This document shows positions 19,554 to 30,000 of a DNA stretch of 64,000 bases, one piece after another (the first letter of the stretch is position 1; each line of letters opens with the position of its first letter). The position numbers and the translations under genes are program-made. The DNA is from Rickettsiaceae bacterium (GTDB taxonomy: Bacteria > Pseudomonadota > Alphaproteobacteria > Rickettsiales > Rickettsiaceae): the NCBI GenBank assembly GCA_020697135.1, contig JAJFBM010000003.1, positions 7,768 through 71,767 on the forward strand, given 5' to 3'. The notes under the pieces are model-generated. The model had not been told where the DNA came from. It saw only the letters and a program-made list of their open reading frames with translations, and did no database searches.

Positions 19554-20174
19554 TTAATTAGTAATGTAATTTATTATAATTAAAAAGAGACCAAAGCTTA
19601 TGGGTATACTAAAATTATCATTTATCCCAATTCTTTCTGAATATAACTCTATATATGTAGTAGCAATTGCTGAAAATACAATGGCGCTAAACGTTACAGA
19701 ATAGCCAATTATGCCAAAAGCGGTCATACTAACCATAATAGAAGTTACTAAAAAAGCGATACTTCCTTCAATGGATTTATTACCAATATAGGGTTTTCCA
19801 ATTGCTTTGCCTGTTAATGCTGCAAGCGAATCTGAGATTATTAGAACTAACCAAGAAGTGAGAGCAACGGCTTTTGGGAATAAAAATGCTGAAATGAATA
19901 AACCACTTATAAAATAAGTAATTCCGCTTAGATTCTTGGTCCCAGACCTTTCTTGGTCCCGCATTAATGAATTAAATAATTTATCTATAATAGATTGCAG
20001 TTGAATATTTGTATGGCGTATATTATCTATATATATAATTAGTATGGTTAAAACAAATAAGCCACATGTCATAGTTAGCTTTTCAAGGAAATAATATATT
20101 AAAGGAAATATCAGTCCTATAGAATGAAATATTTTTCTTTTTACTTCCGGTAAGATATATTCTGGTATTTGCAT
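19554..20174 (-). CDS. Integral membrane protein of the CTP-transferase / polyprenol(dolichol, phytol)-kinase-like superfamily
   Basis: The track ORF (to 20312) overlaps the greA start. I place the start at ATG 20174 (MQIPEYILPEVKRKIFH). There are 6-7 TM helices and an SDSLAALTGKAIGK motif. The stop is 1 nt from the dnaG start. Confidence 0.45.
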   Translation of the reverse strand: MQIPEYILPEVKRKIFHSIGLIFPLIYYFLEKLTMTCGLFVLTILIIYIDNIRHTNIQLQSIIDKLFNSLMRDQERSGTKNLSGITYFISGLFISAFLFPKAVALTSWLVLIISDSLAALTGKAIGKPYIGNKSIEGSIAFLVTSIMVSMTAFGIIGYSVTFSAIVFSAIATTYIELYSERIGINDNFSIPISFGLFLIIINYITN

Positions 20175-20252
20175 AAAATTGTGGGTGTTATTTGACAAAC
20201 TCTTATCTGAGAAATATACTCTAAAACTTATAATTAACAAGATTAAAAAATT

Positions 20253-20738
20253 ATGTCTAAATTTCCAATTACCAAGCAAGGCTATGAAAAGCTTGAGCAA
20301 GAAATAAAACATTTAAAGCATGTTGAAAGGCCGCAAGTTATTCAAGCAATTGCTGAAGCTCGTGAATTTGGTGATCTTTCAGAAAATGCAGAATATCATG
20401 CAGCACGAGAAAAACAAAGCTTTATCGAAGGTAGAATAATAGATCTTGAAGATAAAATGGCTCGTGCTGATATTATAGATATTGCAAAGCTTACAGGGCC
20501 AATTATCAAATTTGGTGCAACAGTAACATTGCTTGATGATGATATTGAGGAAGAGATCACTTATCGAATTGTTGGCGAATATGAAGCAAATATTACAAAG
20601 AAACTTGTGTCAATAGCCTCACCCATAGCTAGAGCATTAATAGGAAAGACGAAAGGAGATTTTGTTGAGGTTTCTACACCTAAGGGGAGTAAATCTTATG
20701 AAGTGTTGGATGTGAAATATAGTGAGCTTGTATTATAA
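20253..20738 (+). CDS. greA: Transcription elongation factor GreA
   Basis: 161 aa. [55 protein letters not shown]. Confidence 0.95.
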   Translation: MSKFPITKQGYEKLEQEIKHLKHVERPQVIQAIAEAREFGDLSENAEYHAAREKQSFIEGRIIDLEDKMARADIIDIAKLTGPIIKFGATVTLLDDDIEEEITYRIVGEYEANITKKLVSIASPIARALIGKTKGDFVEVSTPKGSKSYEVLDVKYSELVL

Positions 20739-20786
20739 TTTTACAAGGCTTTAGTTAACTAATATTTAAAAAAATATTTAAATACA

Positions 20787-20815
20787 TTGAAAAAGTAAAG
20801 ATTTTTTAGTATAAT
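20787..20815 (+). promoter_or_regulatory. Near-consensus sigma-70 promoter upstream of rpoH
   Basis: TTGAAA (20787-20792), a 17-nt spacer, then TATAAT (20810-20815), 32 nt before ATG 20848. Confidence 0.5.
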
Positions 20816-20847
20816 GTTTATAGGAAAATCTGAGTATTGAATAAGCT

Positions 20848-21990
20848 ATGGATAAAAAAATAAATAGTCTTCTTAAAGCGGATCAGAATGAGCAAAAGGA
20901 TTCTAAAGGAAATGACCTTAATGAGAATGGTATGTTAAGCGATATTACCTCTGTTGAAGATGAGCAGGATTTTACTGAGCTAGATGAACCTATAGATATT
21001 GAAGAGCCTGAAAAGGAAGAACTTGAAAAGGAAGCATATGATGTACTGCCTAAAAACCTTAGCCTTGAGCCAACTATTACTAGAAAATTTAGCACGAGCC
21101 TGCCAGGTTTAGTACCAAGTGAAAATGGTTTTTCAAGATATTTGCAGCAAATTAATAATATTCCGTCCTTAACTCAGGAAGAAGAGTTTTTACTTGCTAA
21201 GAATTATTACGAACAACATGACTTAGAAGCGGCTCACAGGCTTGTGACAAGTCATTTGAAGCTTGTTGTTAAAATTGCCCTTTCTTATAGAAATTATGGC
21301 TTGCCAATGGTAGAGCTTGTTTCAGAAGGTAATATTGGCTTAATGAAGGCTGTAAAAAAATATAACCCAGATTTAGGACATAGGCTCTCTACTTATGCAA
21401 TGTGGTGGATTAAAGCATCAATTCAAGAATATGTGTTAAAATCTTGGTCTTTAGTAAAGTTAGGTACAACCGCAGCGCAAAAAAAATTATTTTTTAGTCT
21501 AGGTAAGCTTAAACATAGGATTAGAAACCTTCATTCTAGAGATGTTAATGAGCAAGATTATAAGTTTATTGCAAGAGAGCTTGGCGTAACTGAGCAAGAA
21601 GTATCAGAAATGGATATTAGGCTTTCCAACGCAGATCTCTCTCTCCATGCCCATGCAGGTAACGATGATGACTCTTCAGAATTAATAGAATTTGTGCCAG
21701 AAGCTCGCCCAAGCCCAGAAGCTTTAATAGCTACTAAACAAGATTCTATGTTGAAAAGACAGCTTCTTGCTAAAGCTTTAAGTATATTAAATGAACGTGA
21801 GCTTCACATATTGCAGCAAAGGAAACTTACTACCCCTCCAGCAACTCTAAAAGAATTAAGTATTCAATATGATATATCTGAAGAGCGTGTAAGACAGATA
21901 GAAAATAAGGCGTTCGAAAAAATTCAAGCTCATATCTTAAGTGAAGCTGCTAAGCTTGAAACTCCTACTCCAAAGAATTTGATTACATAG
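20848..21990 (+). CDS. rpoH: Heat-shock sigma factor RpoH (sigma-32) with an acidic N-terminal extension of about 83 aa
   Basis: 380 aa. Region 2 is [43 protein letters not shown]. The RpoH box is LVKLGTTAAQKKLFFSL. Region 4 is LKELSIQYDISEERVRQIENKAFEKI. Confidence 0.9.
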   Translation: MDKKINSLLKADQNEQKDSKGNDLNENGMLSDITSVEDEQDFTELDEPIDIEEPEKEELEKEAYDVLPKNLSLEPTITRKFSTSLPGLVPSENGFSRYLQQINNIPSLTQEEEFLLAKNYYEQHDLEAAHRLVTSHLKLVVKIALSYRNYGLPMVELVSEGNIGLMKAVKKYNPDLGHRLSTYAMWWIKASIQEYVLKSWSLVKLGTTAAQKKLFFSLGKLKHRIRNLHSRDVNEQDYKFIARELGVTEQEVSEMDIRLSNADLSLHAHAGNDDDSSELIEFVPEARPSPEALIATKQDSMLKRQLLAKALSILNERELHILQQRKLTTPPATLKELSIQYDISEERVRQIENKAFEKIQAHILSEAAKLETPTPKNLIT

Positions 21991-22181
21991 TCATATTATT
22001 TAAATCACAACCACTTTATATTGCTAAGCAATTAATGGTTTTTTATGGCTATAAATATGTGATTAAAGCCATTTAATAAATGTTACTTTCTGAAGTAATT
22101 TGTCAATAAAGTACTAGATATTTTATATTTAACATCTTATCTTTTAATTCCCCTGGAAAAGTATTTAAGGTATTAAGTGTT

Positions 22182-23279
22182 ATGAGTATCATTCGTAAGA
22201 AAAATATATTTTTACTATTAATTACGAAAGTAATATTGTTATTCGGTTTATTGTTTTTCCTATATTTTAAGGCAAATGCAGTATTCCAAACGACTATTCA
22301 AACTATTTTTAGCACTCAAAAAATTGATGATCCTGTTATTACGGAGCTTTTGTCGCATCCTATAATGGAAAGGGTGAAAAATATAGATCAATCAGGTCCT
22401 TTATATTATTTTGGCTATGTCCCAGCATACTCAAGATATGATCATTCTATAGGCGTGTGGGCAATACTTAAACATTATAATACACCTATTAAGGAACAAA
22501 TTGCAGGTCTTTTGCATGATGTTTCACATACAGTTTTCTCACATGTGGGAGATTATTTATTTGATATGCCTGAAGGGGGAACCTCTTATCAGGATACAAT
22601 ACATCTACAGTATCTAGAAGCGCAAAATATCTTGCCACTAATAAAAAAATATGGGTTAAGATTAAATGATTTAAACCCTAAAACATCAGAATATAGAAGG
22701 CTTGAACAAGAATTACCAAATTTATGTGCTGACCGAATTGAATATATACTGCACACAGGGGTGCTATATAACAAAATTTCTAAAGCTGAAGTTAAAGTAA
22801 TAATTAAAAATTTAAATTTTCGTCATGGGCAATGGTATTTCACTTCAGAGAAGCAAGCTTTAAGATTTGCTGAATTATCACTTTATTTTACAGAAAGCTT
22901 CTGGGGTTCAGCGTGGAATCTTGTGTTGAATCATTACTTTGCTGAAATTTTGAAGGAAGCCTTAAAGCTCAATATCATTACTTTGGATGAAGTAAAATAT
23001 GGTGTTGATAAAGAAGTTCTACAGAAGCTTTTTAGCTCTAATTCAAAATATATACAACAAAGGATGCAATGGTGCCGAAATATTCATAAAACCTTTCAAA
23101 TTGTTGATTCAGGCAAATATGATATGCATATGAAAGCTAAATTTAGGGGGGTGGACCCTTGGATAAAAACAAAAGATGGCTTAATCAGGCTTACTGAGGT
23201 TAATAAGGAATATAAAACTAAATTCGATAATTTAAAATATATATGCGAAAAAGGTTATAATGTAAGGTTTATTCGATAA
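22182..23279 (+). CDS. HD-domain metal-dependent phosphohydrolase with an N-terminal membrane anchor
   Basis: 365 aa. TM segment IFLLLITKVILLFGLLFFLYF and HD signature RYDHSIGVWAILK...LLHDVSHTVFSHVGD. Confidence 0.75.
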   Translation: MSIIRKKNIFLLLITKVILLFGLLFFLYFKANAVFQTTIQTIFSTQKIDDPVITELLSHPIMERVKNIDQSGPLYYFGYVPAYSRYDHSIGVWAILKHYNTPIKEQIAGLLHDVSHTVFSHVGDYLFDMPEGGTSYQDTIHLQYLEAQNILPLIKKYGLRLNDLNPKTSEYRRLEQELPNLCADRIEYILHTGVLYNKISKAEVKVIIKNLNFRHGQWYFTSEKQALRFAELSLYFTESFWGSAWNLVLNHYFAEILKEALKLNIITLDEVKYGVDKEVLQKLFSSNSKYIQQRMQWCRNIHKTFQIVDSGKYDMHMKAKFRGVDPWIKTKDGLIRLTEVNKEYKTKFDNLKYICEKGYNVRFIR

Positions 23280-23280
23280 A

Positions 23281-23316
23281 TGCAGAACTATATAAAATTA
23301 TTTATATAGTTCTGCA
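23281..23316. terminator. Perfect 16-bp-stem palindrome between convergent genes, a likely bidirectional terminator
   Basis: tgcagaactatataaa-atta-tttatatagttctgca, immediately after the stop of the HD gene and 7 bp before the stop of the 623-aa ORF. Confidence 0.55.
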
Positions 23317-23322
23317 ATTTCA

Positions 23323-25194
23323 TTAGAAAGGATGATCTTCGGCTATATTAATGCCGCCTAATAGATCGCTAATATCAGATTTAATTAAGCTTTGCTTGCA
23401 AACTTTATAAGCCTGTTCAACGTAGTTTTCTTCAATGCTGTCGAAGTAGAAATATGGGTCTTCCTTCTCCATAATAAACTTAACTGTATCTTGATATTTC
23501 TTGAATTCTTCAAATTTATGAAGCTTTTCTTTTATAGGAGCATCAATAATTTCATATTCATGATTCTTAATGAAATCAGCTATTGGTTTAAATTTAATAT
23601 AATTTACAGTTGGCTTATTATTAAAATATAAAAGAGTATTATCTGCCTTTAATAATTCATATAGTATATTTTCAGCTTGAGCGTTATTTACAGAGTTTTG
23701 AGAGCTCTTAATAGTTATGTTTAAATTCAATAATTTAAATTCAGGTAAATGTGCTATCTTAATTAAATCACTCATGCCATGATCTGATAAGCTGCTCACA
23801 ATTGATGCAAAGCTTTTCATTTGAGATTGATTTGATGTTATGTTTTTTAATATGCTTAAAATTTGTTGTTCATTTATATTATAAGTTCCATCATTATTAA
23901 TAACATTCAAAGCAAGCTTTTCTAATATGAGAGGTTTAGCAAAAATTTCCTTGATTAAACCTTCGGTAAATACTGTCGATGAATCAAGGGATTTAAATTT
24001 AATAGCAAGTGTTTTTAAATAATCGTTAGTTGTATTCTCTCTCGCTAATTGATTAAATAAGATATTTATAGCAAAAGGTAAAACAGGATATTCAGAAACG
24101 GTGATTTTTTGCACTTTGTTATTAGGTGCATGAATAAAATCTGCTAGTTGAGCTAGCAGAGGTATATATAAATTAAAATTTATAAACTTTACTTCTCTAA
24201 TAGGGTTCTCCTCTGTAGTTATTTTAGAAAGAACATAATCTAAATCATTACTATATTCTCTTATAAGACCCTTATGATTTTGTATAATATCTAGAGATCT
24301 AATTGGATTAGAAAGCGCGTTTATTACTCGTAAAATTCCAGGTATTATAGTTAAGCAGGGATTATTTATAGCATTAGGATTAAGCAAAGGCTCGCGGAAA
24401 TTAGAAACTAGTTGCATATTTTTGTAATATTGATCAACTTCTAAACTGTCTAAAAAGCTTAAAGATTCTTGGAAAGAGTTTATGTCGTTTCTGAAAATAT
24501 CTTGTATTGCTATTCGTTTTATCGGAAGTGATTTTGCAGGATCTTCAAAATCATTATAAATTGTCATAAAAAGGTTATGAAAATCAACCCCCCAAGTATT
24601 AGGCTTTAAATCTTGCGCGGCTTTCTTAATAAGGTCAAAGCTTCTAGTTTCATTTAATACTAATTTATCTGAATCCAGTAATAAATTTTCTATTATGCAT
24701 TTACCGTGGTCTGCTGCTTTTAGTAGTAAGAAAGCTCCATCATCAGTAAAATTAATCATACCTAATTCGGATAAGTGTTTTGCTTGAACATTCTCATTAT
24801 GCATATAATAAAATATCGGTGCATCTTTATTGCTTGCTCTGTCTTTAACAATCATTTCGAGCTCTTCCTTTGATGCTTTAGGGTTTATACCTATCAAGTC
24901 AGGCTTAAAGCTTTTACAAAATTCGAATGCATCTTGAAAATTCGTATTTTGATTAATGTTAAAAAATTTAACATTTTTAGTAAATGATGTATTCTCTTCT
25001 AGGAATTTTTTGATATTTTGCCCAACACTCAAGAGTATAACTTCTTCAAGCTTAATAGGATCTTTATTCTCTCGAAAATAGCTATTTATAATAGTCTTAA
25101 GATGGTCAAGTTGTAGATCAGTTATCTCATCTAAAAATAATATAGAATTATTTTTAATAAAAACATTGTCATTATAATATTCCTTATGCTTCAT
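23323..25194 (-). CDS. Large orphan protein, effector-like, with a leucine-rich central part and the acidic C-terminal tail motif
   Basis: 623 aa with no signal peptide and no family I recognise. There are LRR-like stretches (LKTLAIKFKSLDSS, LILEKLALNVINNDG, LPEFKLLNLNITIKS). The tail is SLIKSDISDLLGGINIAEDHPF. Confidence 0.55.
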   Translation of the reverse strand: MKHKEYYNDNVFIKNNSILFLDEITDLQLDHLKTIINSYFRENKDPIKLEEVILLSVGQNIKKFLEENTSFTKNVKFFNINQNTNFQDAFEFCKSFKPDLIGINPKASKEELEMIVKDRASNKDAPIFYYMHNENVQAKHLSELGMINFTDDGAFLLLKAADHGKCIIENLLLDSDKLVLNETRSFDLIKKAAQDLKPNTWGVDFHNLFMTIYNDFEDPAKSLPIKRIAIQDIFRNDINSFQESLSFLDSLEVDQYYKNMQLVSNFREPLLNPNAINNPCLTIIPGILRVINALSNPIRSLDIIQNHKGLIREYSNDLDYVLSKITTEENPIREVKFINFNLYIPLLAQLADFIHAPNNKVQKITVSEYPVLPFAINILFNQLARENTTNDYLKTLAIKFKSLDSSTVFTEGLIKEIFAKPLILEKLALNVINNDGTYNINEQQILSILKNITSNQSQMKSFASIVSSLSDHGMSDLIKIAHLPEFKLLNLNITIKSSQNSVNNAQAENILYELLKADNTLLYFNNKPTVNYIKFKPIADFIKNHEYEIIDAPIKEKLHKFEEFKKYQDTVKFIMEKEDPYFYFDSIEENYVEQAYKVCKQSLIKSDISDLLGGINIAEDHPF

Positions 25195-25464
25195 ATCACC
25201 TAGCTCATTATAAATTATTATTACTAATTGTAACTATATAATATAATTTGGTAATCACTATAATAAGTGCCCTTAAATATTATTAATTCCTTTTGTCTGA
25301 TGTATAATTTCACTAAAAATTATATAAATTAAAAATGGCTTATACATAAAAAACACAGGAATTACAAAATTACAATAATCTTACATAGAGATTAATATAT
25401 TAACTTGCTCTTTATTAAGTTTTAATGCTAATATGATTTAAACAATTTGATCTTGAGGAGATTT

Positions 25465-25839
25465 ATGAACAAATTAGGTTTAAATATTCGCTTAGATGAA
25501 GAATTCTTCTGGCGTCTTTTGATTACATTTTCTGTGATTTTTGCAATTATAAGCGCTTGTGATTCGAGCTTTGCGTCGGGAGCAGCAGCTACCGAAAATG
25601 ATGTTATAGGTTCAACACTTTGTAGACTTGTTCAAAATTTAACAGGTGGTATTGCTCGTTCGATTGCAACAATCGCAATATTTGCAGTTGGTATTGGCTT
25701 GTTTATGGGTAAACTTAACTGGGGTGTTGCAGCAGCAACAGCAGCTGGTGTTGGTATTATCTTCGGTGCAGCACAAATGGTTGCTTGGCTTAGTGGTAAC
25801 GCAGACAACGCAGAATGTCCAATAGATAGTAATATTTAA
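25465..25839 (+). CDS. virB2: TrbC/VirB2-family type IV secretion pilin
   Basis: I set the start to ATG 25465, which follows a GAGGAG RBS. There is a long leader with an AxA-type site (SSFASGAAA), then two hydrophobic helices (IARSIATIAIFAVGIGLFMG and VAAATAAGVGIIFGAAQMVAWL). This is the typical VirB2 layout. Confidence 0.65.
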   Translation: MNKLGLNIRLDEEFFWRLLITFSVIFAIISACDSSFASGAAATENDVIGSTLCRLVQNLTGGIARSIATIAIFAVGIGLFMGKLNWGVAAATAAGVGIIFGAAQMVAWLSGNADNAECPIDSNI

Positions 25840-25864
25840 GAATATATATTATCGTCCTCCAAAA

Positions 25865-25890
25865 AGAGCGGCTTGCCCGCTCTTTTTTTA
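25865..25890 (+). terminator. Rho-independent terminator of virB2
   Basis: agagcgg-cttgc-ccgctct followed by ttttttt. Confidence 0.7.
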
Positions 25891-26030
25891 TTTTGAATTA
25901 TCAGCTAATTTATATATTAACACTAAATCCACATTTAAAAATTTAATTATATTTAATTAAGCATTTTTCTTGTAAAGTTTCCACTTAATAATATACTCAT
26001 AAAGTCTTCTAAATTATCGCTTAGGATATT

Positions 26031-27068
26031 ATGCTAAATAGGCTTATCTCGGTTGTATTAAAAGTTATTTTTTTGATTCATTTAATCGGCCTTAGCTCGT
26101 TATATGCAAGTTCTAGCCCAAACCAAATACTAGTAGAAACTCAAAAAATACAGAAAAAGGAATTATTTGAAGTTTTCAAAAGCGTGGGTCAAGTTGCCAA
26201 TGTAAATAGTAAAAACTTCTTTGCAAAAGTCGAAGGTACTGTTGATTTTAAAATTGATAAAGATGGGGCTGAAGTAAAAAAAGGCGACTTACTGTTGGCC
26301 ATAAATTATACAATAGCTGAGACGCTGAAAGCAAAGGCAGATTTAACTTATAAAATTTCTAAAGTTAAATTTGAAAAGGATCAAAAATTATATAAAAATA
26401 ACATTATCACAGTAGATGGTTTAAATAAATCTCAATTAGATTTTGAGGATGCAAAGTTAAACCTTGAAAAAACCCTAGAAACCTATGGTAATATGGTTAT
26501 TAGAGCACCATTTGATGGAAGGATAGGGGTTATAAAACAAAATCTTGATGAATATGTTAAAACAGGAGATTTCCTCTTTACAATAATAAGCCCAGGCTAC
26601 AAAGAGGCTTTGATTTCTCTACCGCAAAGGTTATTTAATCAGATAAATAAAGATACAAAAGTCTATTTAATCGATGATTATAAAAACAAATACCCTGCTA
26701 AAATCACTTCCATATCTCCATATATATCTAAAGAAACAGGAAATTTTGACCTTAAGCTTGAGCTTGAAGATAATAATAATTTCTTACATGGTGCTTATGC
26801 TGAAATTGAAGTTGTTTATAATGACCATGAAGCTTTAATCGTCCCTGAAGCTGCCCTTCTTAGGGATGAGCAAGGAAGTTTTATCTATTTAGTTAAAGAA
26901 AATAAAGCTAGTAAAAAATATCTTGAGCTTGGTACAAAAACGAGCGGTCTAGTCGAAGTAAAAAATCAAGATTTAACAATTGAAGATATCGTGGTTGTTG
27001 AAGGGCTAACTAAAGTTTTTGATGGTGCTGAAGTTAATATAAAAACAAGTGAAGAGAAGACGGAATAA
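26031..27068 (+). CDS. RND efflux periplasmic adaptor (membrane fusion protein)
   Basis: 345 aa with an N-terminal anchor and lipoyl/hairpin/beta-barrel architecture (VIRAPFDGRIGVI, EALIVPEAALLRDEQGSFIYLV). The stop abuts the RND pump start. Confidence 0.85.
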   Translation: MLNRLISVVLKVIFLIHLIGLSSLYASSSPNQILVETQKIQKKELFEVFKSVGQVANVNSKNFFAKVEGTVDFKIDKDGAEVKKGDLLLAINYTIAETLKAKADLTYKISKVKFEKDQKLYKNNIITVDGLNKSQLDFEDAKLNLEKTLETYGNMVIRAPFDGRIGVIKQNLDEYVKTGDFLFTIISPGYKEALISLPQRLFNQINKDTKVYLIDDYKNKYPAKITSISPYISKETGNFDLKLELEDNNNFLHGAYAEIEVVYNDHEALIVPEAALLRDEQGSFIYLVKENKASKKYLELGTKTSGLVEVKNQDLTIEDIVVVEGLTKVFDGAEVNIKTSEEKTE

Positions 27069-30000
27069 ATGAATATCTCTGAACTTTGTATTAGAAGACC
27101 AGTGTTTGCTCAAGTTTTAAGCCTAAGTATAGTTGTACTTGGGATCATATTCTTCTTTAAGCTCCAAATCAGGGGTACGCCTGATATAGATTATCCTATA
27201 GTTTCAATTAGCGCACGTTATGAAGGCGCTGATGCAGAATTTATGGAAACAGCTGTCACCATTCCCATTGAAAAAGCCATTAGAAATGTTAAACATATTG
27301 ATAATGTAACTTCTTCAAGCAGCCCAGGAGAGAGTAGAATTACAGTTATATTCAAGCTTGGTGTTGATATTGAAGTGGCACTGAATGATATTCGGAGTAA
27401 AATTTCTGATATAAATAACCTGCCAAAAGATATGAAGGCTCCTGAAGTAGGGAAAATGGATTCAGATGCGCATCCAACATTGTGGATCTCAGTTGCAAGT
27501 ACAAGTTTCAATGAAATGGAACTAACAGAAATAGTTACAGAATTTATCCAGAAACCTTTAGAAAAACTTGATGCTGTAGGAAACGCTAGAATTGTTGGCT
27601 CAAAGCGCTATACAATTTTTATCGAGCCAATTCCAAAGAATCTTTTCAGTTATAATATTACTCCTTTTGAAATAGAGCAAGTTATTCGTGAACAAAATCA
27701 AGACTACCCTGCAGGCATAATTAAAACAAATGCTCGTGACTTTTACCTAAGCTTAAAATCTACTAAGAAAACAGTTGAAGAATTTAAAAATATTGTCCTG
27801 CGCCAAAATCAAGGAGAGCTTATAAGAATTGGGGATGTTGCAAGTGTAAGACTAGCGCCAGAAGAAGATGATGTCAAAATCAGGTTTAATGGTGAGAATT
27901 CCATTGCGCTTGGTATTGTTAAACAATCTAACTCTAACATAATAGAAATGTCTAATATGGTTAGAGAGGAGCTTAAAAAAATCCAAAATACTTTACCTAA
28001 AGGCATTAATATAAATATAGCTTATGATGGAGCGTTACCTGTTAAATCATCAGTAAATTCTGTTTTCAAAACCATCTTTGAAGCAATAATACTTGTATCA
28101 ATTGTTATTTATCTATTCCTAGCCTCAATCCGTATCAGCATAATTCCGCTTGTTACAATCCCTGTATCTTTAATAGGGACCTTATCTTTTATGTATCTAT
28201 GTAATTTCTCAATTAATACCTTTACATTACTTGCTATGATTCTAGCTATTGGCCTAGTAGTAGATGATGCAATTGTGATGCTTGAGAATATTTATAGGCA
28301 TGTTGAAGAGAAAAAATTATCCCCTTTCAAAGCTGCGTTAAAAGGCTCGCAGGAAATTCAGTTTGCAGTAATTGCTATGACTATTACTCTTGCTTCAGTA
28401 TTCCTGCCAATAGGTTTTATCGAAGGCTTTATGGGAAAATTATTTATCGAATTTGCTTGGACTTTAGCCTTTAGCGTTCTTGTTTCAGGTTTTGTAGCAC
28501 TTACTCTTACTCCAATGATGTCGAGTAAAATGATTACAACATCTCATGAAGAAAAATTCTTCTTTCTTGAGCAGTTTCAAAGATTTTTAAATACTACTAA
28601 CATTGTATATATATATTGCTTAAAAATTATCTTTAAACATAGATTCAAATTTTTATTATTTTGCTTAAGCCAGATCGTGGTGATGGTTTTATGTTTTAAA
28701 TTAGTCAAGAAGGAATTTGTTCCAGATGAAGATTATGGCATTTTGCAAGCTATGTTTAACGGGCCTGAAGGGTCTAGCATTCATCATACAGATAAATTTG
28801 TAAAAGAAGCTGAAAATATTTTTAAATCTATAGATGAAGTAAATGGCTATTTCACCATAATTGGCTATGGTGGTGGAGAAACAGCATTCGGATTTGTTTC
28901 CCTTAAACCTTGGAGTGAAAGAGACAGAGATCAATCTGAAATACGTAATCAAGTTAATGGTGCGTTTAGTAAGCTTACAGGAGTTACTGCTTTTGCAATG
29001 GGGCCAAGGTCTATGGTTGGTGGTGGTAAGGGTAAAGCTGTGGAATTCCGTATTACTTCAACACAAAATCTTACAAGTCTTGTTAAGGTTGCAAATAATT
29101 TTATAACTCAAATGAGGGCTAATGCTTTATTTAAAGATATTGAGATGGATATAAAAGCTTCAACCCCTACTGTTGATATAATCATCAATAGAGATAAAGC
29201 CTATATGCTTGGTGTGGACGTAGAGGCAATAGGCCGAACCGTACAATATTTACAAAGCGGTTTGAAAATAGGCGATTATCGTCATGGTAACGAAGTTTAC
29301 GATGTAAGGCTACAATATGCACGAGATAATAGATCTAGCATCGAGGATTTGAATAAGCTGTATATTAAAAGTAAAAATGGGCAGATGATATTTTTTGATA
29401 ATATAGCTTCTGTAGAAGAGAAAATAGCCATTAAATCTATTAATCATTATAACAGCTTAAGTTCCGTAGAAATTACGGCTAATTTAAATGATATGACTGC
29501 CCAACAAGCAATGGACCAAATTAATCAAATAGCAATCAAGACTCTAGAAGGGCAAAATGCGAAAATAGAATTCGAAGGAGAGCTGAAGCAGCTCTCAGAA
29601 TCTAACCATCAAATTTTACTCACCTTCCTTTTTGCACTTATATTTATTTATCTTGTACTTTCAGCTCAATTTGAAAGCTTCAAGGATCCGCTATTAATTC
29701 TGCTTGCTGTACCATTCTCTATTACAGGAGGTGTGGCTTTAGTTTATCTGACAGGTAATTCGTTAAATATTTATAGTAATATTGGTCTAGTAACTTTAAT
29801 TGGTTTAATAACCAAAAACTCTATTATGATTGTAGAATTTGCGAACCAACTAAAAGACCAAGGTCAAAAGACTTTTGACGCAATCCTAACATCAGCAAGA
29901 CTGCGCCTCAGGCCAATCTTAATGACAACGACTGCAACTATTTGTGGTGTAGTACCTTTAATATTTGCAACTGGTGCTGATGCGAATGCAAGACATTCAA

